64,000 bases of DNA from Chrysomallon squamiferum (lineage: Eukaryota > Animalia > Mollusca): the NCBI GenBank assembly GCA_012295275.1, contig CM022678.1, positions 10,106,001-10,170,000 on the forward strand, read 5' to 3'. The notes beneath the pieces were generated by a model, which was not told the DNA's origin, ran no database searches, and worked only from the letters and a program-made list of their open reading frames with translations. Positions 48,062 to 64,000 of the stretch are shown here, piece by piece (position 1 is the stretch's first letter; each line of letters starts with the position of its first letter). Position numbers and translations under genes: made by a program.

Positions 48062-49674
48062 TTAAATGCAATTTTTATAAAACAAAATGGAGTTCTTACC
48101 AGGTTGGATATTTTCTAACAAACAGATGACAATGAGGCTGTGTTACCGTAGAAACCAGTTTTCAGTTCTACGAGGCAAAGACACAAATACGTGATCTAAT
48201 ATACCCGCTTGAAGAGAACTTTGACCGTCTCGTGATCCAGATAAAAGTCAGGTGAGGTATTTCAGTTACAATGCATGGCCTGATTTAGTAAACTGAATAG
48301 ATTTGATAACACTACTTCTAAGTCTAGCACTCCTACTACTACCATCTGTTACTAGTGCTACAGTTGTTAATTCTACTCCTGCTGCTACAGATTTACTATT
48401 ACAACTACTACTACTACAACTACTACTACTGTATCTATTTCTATAACAACTGCTGTTATTTATTATTGTCTTGTAAATTGAAATTTATTTATGATCTAAT
48501 TTTTCTTATATCATTTGTTGAATCTATTTATATTTAGTTGCGTATGTTCAACTCGTTTATAATTAATTTATAGTTAAATACAAGTAAAACAAAATAAAAT
48601 CAGTTTATTAAACCGGAACCAAAATAAATAAATTACACTGCAGTACATTGTGTAAGTGTGCTGTCAACTTGAACTTACAGTGACCTCAAATGAATACCCA
48701 TGACGTCTAAAAAACTCATCTTATTTTCCAAGCCGTCGGTTATATAATTTATTCTATTTATTATTATTTTTTAGTCTTTTTTTTTGTTTCTTTTCTTTCT
48801 AATTATGTGTGTGTGTGTGTGTATGAGAGAGAGAGAGAGAGAGAGAGATACTGTATTGTATTATTGTATAAATCATTGTGTAAATAAAATATATCCGTCG
48901 TCTTATATGTGTATGTGTGTTTGTGTGTGCGTGTGTTTATAAGTGTTTTACAAATGTCAGTGAATAAAAGTTATTATTTTCTGTCAGAGAGAGTATTAGA
49001 ACTATATTATGTATTTATATTTGTTTAAAGTTTCAGTAATAAGCTAGATATATCATTAATCACGATGAATAAAATACTCGAGCGAAAAGGAAGATGTTTT
49101 AAGTTACACACCTACACACTAATAAACATACAACCAAACACATACACATACAACACGCATTACACACAACAATCACACACACGCGTACACATACACACAC
49201 ATGCATACACTGTATACAGACACATTAACGCAAATCACGTGTGTGTGTGTAAAACATATACGCCTTTAATGACACAGATTACACTGCAAAATTTCACAAC
49301 AAGTCAGAAAAAATCTGACCCTAACCCGCTGTCAAACTCTTATCAAAGCAAGGTCAGAATTTCGAGGTTCAGTTAGCTCTATTTCATAAAAGGGTCTACC
49401 GGAATGTGCAAAGATTACAAATTATTAGATTACTGTAGATATCAATGAAAACATCGAATTCAAAGAGCAAGAGAAGCCAGCCTAGACTGACACATTTTAA
49501 AACTTTGTTTGTTTGTTACACAAAACCCGCCATAGCTAATTATCTTAATTCTAAAATTCTAAAACTTTGGTTGTTAAGCAAATACCGCCATAGCTACTTT
49601 ATCTCAATTCTTAAATGTTATATCTTTGTATGTTTGTTATACAAAACCCGCAGTTTATTTACTTATTATAATTA

Positions 49675-49719
<45 letters not shown>

Positions 49720-49953
49720 CACACGACTTTTTTCTAGTTTATAGTTGCTATATACGGACTTCATGATGTTAATAATAATAATAAAAATATTATATACCTA
49801 TAAACATTATTACTTTATTAAGATTATCTATGCCTAGTATACAGAAGAGAAATGTATCTACTGAAAACAGTCTCATAGATATCCGTTTTTAACGTTATAA
49901 CAAAGACAAACTTAAATATCCGCTACCATCCGCTAGTAGAAAATTGCAAATAC

Positions 49954-49997
<44 letters not shown>

Positions 49998-50302
49998 TGT
50001 TTTTTTTAATTTCAGGTAAGCGACACTGTTTTCACATACATGATACACTTTATAACTACATACAAAAGAGTTCAGTGGTGTATACAATAAAATACATTTC
50101 TAAATCTGTTTTTGTGTATCTGACCTGGATGAATATATGTATGCATGTAAGCATACATTTAGGAATGAATATGCTGTGTCTTATGTACGTCTGATTCTAA
50201 TCTGGAACGCACTAGCACAGATGTGCACTCACAAAGTCTGATGTCGCTGACGAGACTGGAAAGTGTGACATCCATTCCCCCGCACTTCTTAGACAAACGA
50301 CG

Positions 50303-50504
50303 ACATCATTCGACCACTGAGACAGCATCACTCGACCACTGAGACAACATCACTCGGCCACTGAGACAACATCACTCGACCACGGAGACAACATCACTCG
50401 ACCACTGAGACAACATCACTCAACCACTGAGACAACATCACTCGACCACTGAGACAACATCACTCGACCACGGAGACGACATCACTCGACCACTGAGACA
50501 ACAT
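50303..50504 (+). repeat. Second array of the 22-bp unit (~9 copies) with the same 3' flank
   Basis: TCGACCACTGAGACAACATCAC repeats followed by ATACACCGAGTGTACTCATCACTTGCT...GGAAACCTGACAATTAGCAGAAT, as at 43684-43788. Confidence 0.95.
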
Positions 50505-50786
50505 ACACCGAGTGTACTCATCACTTGCTATCAAGCACGCGTTTTTTGTTTTTGTTTGTTTGTTTTTTGTCTTTATTCATTTTTTGCGTGTTTTTATTTT
50601 CTTGTTGGAAACCTGACAATTAGCAGAATGCTTTTTACGTATATATATATATGAAACCCAACAATAGTGGAGGCTGAAACCTTCATACAGATCAAAAATG
50701 AGTTTACCTGTCTGTCTATTCGCTGCTTCATAATGCATAGCTTAATATGTAATTATAGAATGAGTTTCATTAATTTACAGAGTGGC

Positions 50787-50861
<75 letters not shown>

Positions 50862-51143
50862 ATAGTAGTAGCAGTAGTAGTATATAACTGGTACAAAATG
50901 TGGTTATTAACAACTTATTAACAACTGCTAACTTTATTTGGACAATGTCTTGAGAGGAAACCCGCTATAAAGAGAAACGTCCAAGGATAAAACATCGATA
51001 GTTTTCACTGGTACTGGATGTGACGTGGAAATACTTAGTGGATCCGCAGTGAACGTTCAAGTCTACACGACGATGTATCATTGTAATTAAGCAAACTACT
51101 GAATTGGTCGAATCGAACATTTATTTATTTGTTACTTTAAAAG

Positions 51144-51200
<57 letters not shown>

Positions 51201-51216
51201 TGAAATAAAAATAAAG

Positions 51217-51264
<48 letters not shown>

Positions 51265-51614
51265 TGTTTCTTAAATATAACGTAACGTGAATCTATGTAT
51301 GAGAGCAGGAGAGGAAAGTAAAGGTCAAAATGACATAATGAAATCTTAGACTTTTGTTCAGGTAAAAATGAGAATAGCGTCTCTGAGTAAAACCGTCACA
51401 ATGTTTTCATCTTGTCATAAAGTGAAACCCGCTTTACAGGTTTGTTGGACAACAGATAAAGATAATAAACTTCTACACCCAAAATAGAACTTGTATAAGC
51501 TTCTATAGTTATATACAGGCGGTAATCGATGCTTTTTTTTTGTAAGATATATAAATAATGAATAGCAATGAAAAACAGGACACAAAGATAGCGCATGTTT
51601 TTAGTCACGTAGGC

Positions 51615-51659
<45 letters not shown>

Positions 51660-52150
51660 TTATCCCTCTATATATTAGCTATCTTTGTTTTGTTTTCTGA
51701 ACATACATACATACATACATACATACATACATACATACATACATACATAGATACATACATATATACATAATATAATCATATATAGATTATATATCCAGAA
51801 TTAGTTTACAAGATAAAATTATTAAATTTACAATTATACTTAAAGTTGCGTATGTTTGTGATGTTATTTTATTTTTAATCATATCTCTCTTGTGTCACTT
51901 CAATGAACCTGACATTGTCAAACACTTAAGAACTCCTCTCTGTTTCACGCATAGAAACAAACAGTATGTTTAGATTAGTCAATTAATGAAATATGTACTA
52001 TATATTATAATATATTTAATTAATTAGTTTATATATGTCAGATTCATTCAGGTGCACACAAGAGATATGAATAAAAATAATACAATATCACAAATATACG
52101 CAAACAAGTATTATTGTAACTGTAAATTTTATTATTTTTATATCTACAAC

Positions 52151-52269
<119 letters not shown>

Positions 52270-52281
52270 ATACACCTGCAA

Positions 52282-52318
<37 letters not shown>

Positions 52319-53027
52319 AAATCTCACTGAGTAAAATTATTATTTTATGACAGTATAAAACAAGTTCCCGGTATTAATTATTATATGAAATGTGGTGATA
52401 ATGTTCAGCTGATTCGCATTCTGTTTATCTACAGCTTCGTCAATAAATTTACAAAAAATAAACGTAAATTATTGTAACACGTTGCAGTTACTTTCTTTTT
52501 TTGTTACAAAGGCATTATGTTGTTGTTGTTTGTTTTTGTTTTTTTATTTATATATTTGTCATTTCAATTTTTTCTTTACTGGGGAAAATTTATACACACA
52601 TATTTTTTCCCTGGAAAGGAAAGGTCGAAATGACAAAGTGAAATATCCGACTTTTTTTCAGTTAAAGCGTCGGGGGCGGGGAGTAATAGAAAAATTTCTT
52701 GAATATGGCCACTGTAAGGACATAAAGATAAGATTTTGTTTCACTGACGAACAAAGGAATTTTTTCTTCTTCTGCTTGTACCTTTCTTTCTTTTCTTTTC
52801 TTTTCTTTTCTTTTCATTTATATAGATTTTCAAGTCTCCATTCACCGCATAACCTCTTTTGAAGTTTTTTCAAATAACATTTTATTTGTTTACTGAAGCG
52901 AAACTTACTATGTTGTGTGTTTGCTGGTGTGAACGATAGAACAAGTTACGAGTGTTTTATAATGACGGATTTCTTATCGAGAACATAGTAGAAAATTGCT
53001 ATTACTACTTTTTCTGTTTTTCTTTTC

Positions 53028-53091
<64 letters not shown>

Positions 53092-53207
53092 AATAAAAGA
53101 GAGAGAGATTAAAGAAGAAGAAGACGGTGTATTTAGGTTACGTTTTACGTGTTAAATACAGTTATTTCAATTAGAACGTGACACTTCTAACATATTATAT
53201 AGAGATT

Positions 53208-53280
<73 letters not shown>

Positions 53281-53504
53281 AGAAGAAGAAGAAGAAGAAG
53301 ATAACAATTAAAATATGTTGGAAATAACATGATCATGTTTTAAGCAGAGTTTTACATTCAAGGTCTTCTGTTTTTCTTTTCTATCAAAACAAACCAGTCA
53401 GCTGTAACTTTCGTATGTATTACCAGGTCCTAAACCTGTCCTATACAAAGATATACATAAACAATTTGCTACTTTTCAATCAATAAATCTAATAATAATA
53501 ATAA

Positions 53505-53569
<65 letters not shown>

Positions 53570-54809
53570 TAATAAAATCTATCAATAAATCTTAATAAAT
53601 CTTAAATCTAAATGTAAACCTACCCTCAGCCAATCCTCACCCAGACTTTTTATTGTTGTTGAATTTAACTGAGTGATAATTATTTTCAAAGAAGATAATA
53701 TACTTAGATCTAAATGATTAATCTCACTCTCACTGTCATTCACGAATGAATTTCAATATATATATACATATATTTAATATATATTTATATATATATAGTA
53801 TTATCATTCAATCTCATTTTGTAAAAAATATGATTTGCTCCCCTGATTTGATCCTGGGATCAGACTGACATCTAGTGAAATGTCTGTAATAACAGCTAAA
53901 CACTGAATTTGTTAATCACTGTTCCCCTCCACTTTACCTTATGAAGTTGTCTATGACTCTAGCTTAAATTAAAAATATAAATAACAAAACTCAGAATAAT
54001 TTAAATATTTGTTATGGAAGGAGAAAACAGGGTTTAAATAAACATTTATAACTACCTGTTTTAAGTCTTTGAATAAAATTACCTGTCATAAATAAAAAGA
54101 AAAGCCTGTATAACAAATGTCAGCAATAAGCTTTAGTTATTTTATGTAATATGTGTAATGACTGGATCCACATATAGACAGACAGACAGATACAAAGATA
54201 GAAGAAACTATTTAAATATTATATTCTGCAAACAGCCAAATTTATCAGAAGATACGCAAACATTCACACACTTACATATACACACACGCACACATACACA
54301 CAACCAGTGGAAAAAACCAAATCTGAAATTGAACGACCAAGTGGATGACATTGGGTATAATTAAGAGAAAGAAAGAAACGAAATACCAGTTTAGACGAAA
54401 AAAGAAATATGCATTTAGTCACGTGTACACACTGACACGCAGGTGTTCATACCCTACAAGTTCAGTTTAACAGAAGTTTACATTCTGTTTGTTTACCGAG
54501 GCGAAACCTACTTGACTCTGTTTAGTCACGTTTTGAACTCACGCTCTCATAAGAGTATGACAAAATTAATTCAGGTGCACACCAAAAACATTTGTTATAA
54601 ATAAATAAATAAATAATAAAGTAAATAAAGTAAAATAACAAAAGCAATTAACAGATTTACTGTTATCCGCAGTAGTATACTTTTGGTGATAATGATAGTA
54701 AAATTATTAGTATTAGGTAGTAGAGGTAGTAATAGAGTAGGGTTAGAGTTAGTATAAGTATTAGTATTAATATTAGTACTTGTTGCTTCACTACTATTGT
54801 TTTTATCAT

Positions 54810-54852
<43 letters not shown>

Positions 54853-55859
54853 TTTTATTTATTATTATTTTCCTTGTAGGTTTTTTTCGCAAGATAAAAT
54901 AGAAACATACGTTAGCAGATGATGTTTATTCAGTTCGGGTCAAACCTCTATGCTTGTGATTTATCATTCATATATCCTGAATGTTATTACATAAAATAAT
55001 AATTGGTGGTGAAATGATATTTAATACACAACAGTAAGCCCACATCTATGATTTAACTCAGGTACGGACTTTTTTTTCTGTCCTGGCTGAACGACAAAAC
55101 AATCAGCTGATCACATGACTCAGAACCAGCGAATGACACAGATAAAATGCTACGTCATCAGAAATAAATCTTGTTTAATTTAATACTGAAGTGCTGGGTA
55201 TCGAATGTTACACTGACTTCAGAGGAATGTGGGTTTCCACAGATTACACTGCAAAATGACAGAACCAAAACAAGTTAGAAAAATATCTATCCGTAACCCG
55301 CTGCCAAAAGCTTGTCAAAGCAAGGTCATAATTTCGATGTTCAGTAAGCTCTATTTCATAAAAGGGCCCACCGGACTGTGCAAAGATTACAAATTATTAT
55401 ATTCCTGTAGATATCAATGAAAGAGTCGAAATCAAAGAGCAAGAGAAACCAGCTTAGACTGACAAATTTTAAAATATTCTTTTTTTGTTTGTTAAACAAA
55501 ACTCGCCATAGCTTATTATCTTAATTCTAAATTTTAAAAACTACCTTTAAGAGTTCGTCATCGCGTATTTTCCCGTGAAAGAGAATTTTAATTATTTAAT
55601 TATACTGGCAGAAATATATCTTCTAAAACACAGTAATGATATTGATAATGCTACATCAGCCACTGCAACTACTAGAACAACTGCTACTGTAGTAACTAAT
55701 AATTATACTACAGCTACTACAACAACTAATACTGACACTACAAGTACTACAACAACTACAACTGTGTCTATGACTAATTCAACAATTAACAAATTAACAA
55801 TGTAACTACAACTACAAGGACGAATAATTCTGCTGTAATATTTCCACTACAACTATTAC

Positions 55860-56560
55860 AACAACTACAACTGCTACTATGATTACTACAACAACTAACA
55901 ATTCAACTACAAAGGTAAATGATCTTATTACAACAACTACAACTGCTACTATGACTACTACAACAACTAACAATTCTACTACAAAGGTAAATGATATTAT
56001 TACAACAACTACAAACTATGATCAACAACTAACAATTACAAAGGTAAATGATCTTATTACAACAACTACAACTGCTACTATGACTACTACAACAACTAAC
56101 AATTCTACTACAAAGGTAAATGATCTTATTACAACAACTACAACTGCTACTATGACTACTACAACAACTAACAATTCTACTACAAAGGTAAATGATATTA
56201 TTACAACAACTACAACTGCTACTATGACTGCTACAACAACTAACAATTCTACTACAAAGGTAAATGATATTATTACAACAACTACAACTGCTACTATGAC
56301 TACTACAACAACTAACAATTCTACTACAAAGGTAAATGATCTTATTACAACAACTACAACTGCTACTATGACTACTACAACAACTAACAATTCTACTACA
56401 AAGGTAAATGATCTTATTACAACAACTACAACTGCTACTATGACTACTACAACAACTAACAATTCTACTACAAAGGTAAATGATATTATTACAACAACTA
56501 TAACTGCTACTATGACTACTAGAACAACTAAACATTCTAAATCAAAGGTAAATGATAGAT
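55860..56560 (+). repeat. Minisatellite, 72-bp unit, ~9-10 copies
   Basis: Unit ACAACAACTACAACTGCTACTATGACTACTACAACAACTAACAATTCTACTACAAAGGTAAATGAT(C/A)TTATT, equal to the 24-aa period seen in the ORF track. Confidence 0.95.
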
Positions 56561-56654
56561 CTGCTTCCATAAAAGTCTAAAAGAAACTGTTACTTTGTTT
56601 ACTGTTGATACAGAGATATGAATGTGCATTGTATGTATATCTATATGCGTGTCT

Positions 56655-57255
<601 letters not shown>

Positions 57256-58332
57256 AGTGTTTCATAATAACGTGTCAGTTCAGGTATGATGAATATTAAC
57301 AAAAAATATATCAGTTTACAAGTGCAATATTAAAACCAAACATTAACCAGTTTTACTTATATAGATTACTGTGTAATAACCAGATATCTCTCAAGTTTTC
57401 ATTTCCGATACAGATTCCAGACCAGTTATCGATATAACTCGGGAACCAATTTCAGAATGTTATGGTTTTCTGGACCAACGCTTGATAATTATATACTTAA
57501 AGTATAAAACTGTTCAATACATACAAGGCGAAGTTATTTCAATGATTGGCAGGTTAAGTGATGTAGTTTTAACGATTTCCTGTTTTAGAGGTGATAAGAA
57601 AATGATAAAAATTATATTCATAAATAAAATAATATATTTTATTTCATTTTGTTCATATGCTATAAATGTGGAGCATTCTGAACTCATGTTCAGTTTTCTA
57701 AATTAATTTATTTTAACTAATTTCTTCTAAAAGTTTACACAATACTTTCACTTTAAATCGCTAATTCCCAAACACTAAAAGAATACGGTCGCTCTGTTGT
57801 CAGTGGTTCAAACTGACAATCGCTATGTATGAATCGCTCAAAATGTAGTCACTGAAGAAGTCGACACTTAAAATAACGTATTTAACAAACATATTAGAAT
57901 AATTTTAAAGACATTTTCTAGCAATTTTATTTTTCTCTAGGTGAATAATTGGTCTTTTAATTCATGCGTAATTGTTTTTGAAATAACGCTACAAACGCTA
58001 TAAACGCTATATAAATATTATTTATTACTTCATTATCTAAAGCCTAACACTTCATATATGTCAAGACTGCGATTAGTTAAGGAAAACTCAGAGAATTTGT
58101 AATTAAATTTTTATTTCAGTAAAACTTAGACATCGGAAAAAAGTTAGAAAAAAAAAAAAGAAAGACATTCAGGGAAAATATTTAAGCCGGTATTCATGAT
58201 AAAGAAAATAGTAGTTTTAAGAAATTTTATTTTATCTTATTAATACGTATGCATTCTCGATATAAGATATATACATAACTTGATATGATGTAATCACAGC
58301 TTTCAGAAAAGTTATTTCATCTCATCAGCTGA

Positions 58333-59581
58333 TGATTCAGGGTGGAGAATCGGGCTCTAGGAAAAAATAATTCAAAATGATATAAATGTTAAGTGGTTCC
58401 AGGTAATTTACAGTATGTATCAAAATATTAAATCTTGTGTCATAACCCAGTAACAGACTAGTTCCACTGTTGTGTGGGTATTAGACAAGGCGGGTATTTA
58501 TCTCCGTTACTATTCTCGTAACATTTGTGAATTGTTCAGTGATTGTTTGATACATCCATCAATTGTTCTGTTTGTTTTACTCAATGCCGATGACACTGTA
58601 GTCCTTGCAGATAATTACCAAGACCTGCAAACATCTCTAAATGATTTTGATTCTTACTGCACTAAATAAAAACTAACAGTAAACTAAAAAAAAACGAAAT
58701 CTTAATTTTTAATGGCAACCACAAAGATTACAAGAAAGTGTTTTACCTTGGTTTGATACTGTAGAAAGTTAAAAATATCTCGCTATTATTTTTCACAAAT
58801 CGAATAAATCGCTAAGGCAACAAATAAGTTATATTGACAAGCTATGTATTTCATTCTTCGACAAGGAGGAGTCATATTTCCATTCAGTGTCAACTAAAAT
58901 TATTTGACTGCATTGTTTTACCAGTTCTTCTGTATGGTAGCGAAATTTAGAGATTTGAAAATTGTCATTACTGGAAAAATGATGTAAACACTGTATGAAA
59001 TCGTTATGACCTGTAAGGAAATCTACTCCATTGTAGTCATTAAAGGAGAACTTGGACGTTATCCAGTTTATTTTACTGTCAAAGTAAGAATGATTTTTTA
59101 CTGGTATCGAATGATAACGGGAAAGCATTCTAGGTGATCATTACTAGTATATACAGACTATTACTGAATGATGGAAAAATATGAACTAGAAAAGAGAATA
59201 TGTTCATCATGTAATATGTAAACTATGACATCGGAGATGAGTTGCAATATATATTTACAAGCAGTTTTTAAAGAATCAAAGGAACCGTTTTCTGTCAACC
59301 TAAACCAAGCACTTATAAGTTTTATAAATGTTTTTAACTCTAAAAACGCTGGTGTTCGTAGAAAACTTTCTATTGTCTGTAATCTAATCGTGAAATTTCT
59401 CAAATCCTTTGGCTGATATATAGATATATTGTATGTATTTTATTATTACGTACATCATTGTAAATCCACTAACTTGCCAAACTTGTTATACTTGTTACAG
59501 TTACATTAAATTTTGTGTAAATGCGTCCTCATATGCAGTAGACTACGGTCTGAGTGTAAATAAAGTTCAGTTCAGTTCAGT
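58333..59581 (+). mobile_element. 5'-truncated, decayed non-LTR retrotransposon (RT C-terminal part, RTE-X-like)
   Basis: Frame-shifted RT motifs in order: DSGWRIGL*EK..YSMYQNIKSCV, VGIRQGGYLSPLLFS, LFVLLNADDTVVLA (YADD box), QLKLFDCIVLPVLLYGSEI, GELGRYP. The 3' end has AATAAA (59559-59564) followed by a (GTTCA)3 tail. Clade assignment is from motif recall only. Confidence 0.85.
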
Positions 59582-60074
59582 GAACAGATTTGTTGTATTG
59601 TCAGAGTATTTCAAAGTTACCGCTTTCATATGACTTGATTTATCTGGTGTGTTTTCTCTTCTTCGCCAAGTTAGTGTAAACACGAAATGTCGCCAGTCTG
59701 GCGCTCGGTAAATTACAGGAGGATCGCACAAACCGCGATTTATAATCTTGCTGGCCGCCATTTTTTCTGAGTATTGTAATTATATACACAATAAATTATA
59801 ATCTCAAAAAAATAATAATAATAAATAAATAAATAAACTAAAAATAATAATAATAAATAATAAAAAAATAAAAATAATATCTGTGTGTGTGTGCGTGCAT
59901 GCATATGGGCAAACGGGCAGTGAAGTATGATTTATCCAAACGATTTATCAAGAACTGGTTTATGTTGTCGTTGCTGCTGTTTTTTCATTGTAAATTACAG
60001 CTACGATTTATTCGGATGTCGACTGTTAGCTGGTGTCCTATTTTTTTTTTTTTTTTAAACCAACCACAAATCCC

Positions 60075-60142
<68 letters not shown>

Positions 60143-60276
60143 TGTACGCGCTCGCGCGAGTTTGGTAGCTCTTCATTCGTGAATATGTTTCCCCATAGCG
60201 TGTTTATCTTTGTTTGTTTGTCATGTTCTCAACTTTCAGGTTAAATCAAATAACTTTATTATTAAACACTTGATGT

Positions 60277-62625
<2,349 letters not shown>

Positions 62626-64000
62626 TAATAATAAGAAAGTAAAAAGCTTATTTCAATATTTTTGAAACCAAAGACTTTTTCATCTGAGACAAGACAGGCA
62701 GCCCTTGAACCTTCTGCTTTGATAGGTACACTACAGTTCAAAGAAAAACACTACTAACCTTTCTCATACTTTTTTCAAGTAGTAACCATAGTGACATAAA
62801 CTGCCTTCAGCTTTATGAGAAATCTGTTCCCATGTCAAACCCTGACTTCTACATTCTCAGTCTGAAACAAAAGTAATTTATTATTTTTAAAATGTTTTTG
62901 ACTTGTTTCTTTTTTCTTCATTTTTTTAATCAGTTTTTTTGTTTACCTCAATTTAATATTAATATAAACAACATTTAAAACAGCATAAGTTCAAAAATGA
63001 TAATGACTTTTTTTTATCATTTAAAACATTAAATAAACAAACAATAATTATAGAATTAATTAATGATAGATATAAATCACTGTCTTTTCACTGTTAACTC
63101 ATTGTTCACTTAAATATACCTAATTAATAATAACAAAATTAAAATAATATTAATATTAAAACATTCTCAGGTGTCATTAAGTAATTTATAAAATCTTGTA
63201 GTAAACTGAATTATTTGTCCATTATACCCAGCATCTGTTTACAAACATGTTGAGTACATCTCAGTGTCTGAGTCTGTACAAGTTTCTCTTAACTGCCAGG
63301 ACTGGAGAAGTCATGTTCTTCACTGAACGCTTCACTACACACATAGTCAAGTGGTCAACCTTGGTCTTTTTTCTGGTCAGCAGAAGGCTGGTTTATCCTG
63401 TAGAGAGATAAATTACATTTATCATTGACAAGCCTAATAAATAAATGGTAAAAAAAAAAAAAATAAAAAAAAGTTATAAAAGTTATCACATATCATTTCG
63501 AAACAAAAAAAAAAATAAACAAAAAAATATTTAAAAGTTACCGAAAATATTAAAATTATAAATTATTAAGTCAGAGTTTTTGAGAATTAATTGCGACCAA
63601 AGTTCCGTTTCTGTGACTGGGATGGTAAAAAGGTTATGGAGAAGTCGCCTTTTTTTCTATAAGATATAACACAAGTGTCAGTATTAATCTCAAATATTTA
63701 TTTCATACGAAAGGTTTGCTCGTAGTTCGATAAAGTGGAATTATCGGCTTACCTTAATTTGCGAACATCGGTTTATAAACACTAACTTTCTCGACCAGAT
63801 AGCATGGCGTCAAACTGTAGTCTTGATAAACAAAACCACGAGTCTCGCTGACCCAGGATCGTAAAAGTGATCGGGACCGTTCGGATCATCTCGGTCGAAT
63901 ACACGGACACATTCGAGTCCTCTGTATATAAATAACAGAATCCGTTCTTCTCAGAAAAAGGCCTGGTAGCAAAAAATATTAATAATAATTGAAAAAATAA

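Overview
AT-rich, microsatellite-dense animal genomic DNA with spliceosomal GT-AG introns. A mollusc or other lophotrochozoan is likely; this is inferred from the RING/coiled-coil/NHL gene and the RTE-X-like LINE. Two 200-N scaffold gaps lie at 9466-9665 and 61266-61465. Almost all ORFs in the supplied track are translations of simple repeats. Manual exon reading finds no convincingly intact gene, but five disrupted intron-containing relics. (1) A + strand leucine-rich-repeat gene with a possible RRM-like exon and (2) a head-to-head - strand gene of unknown family share a CpG-rich promoter; this region is present twice (1-9465 vs 15129-24852, a tandem duplication or an uncollapsed haplotype). 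(3) A Hedgehog/intein (Hint/Hog) C-terminal exon sits inside a ~74-bp inverted repeat. (4) A TRIM-like RING-coiled-coil-NHL gene carries a nonsense codon and frameshifts. (5) A run of calcium-binding EGF exons lies at the right end. The 37.8-56.6 kb region is a patchwork of shuffled local duplications with 46-, 22- and 72-bp tandem arrays. A 5'-truncated non-LTR retrotransposon lies at 58.3-59.6 kb. There is no CRISPR array and no recognisable RNA gene. All translations were done by hand and no database searches were run.
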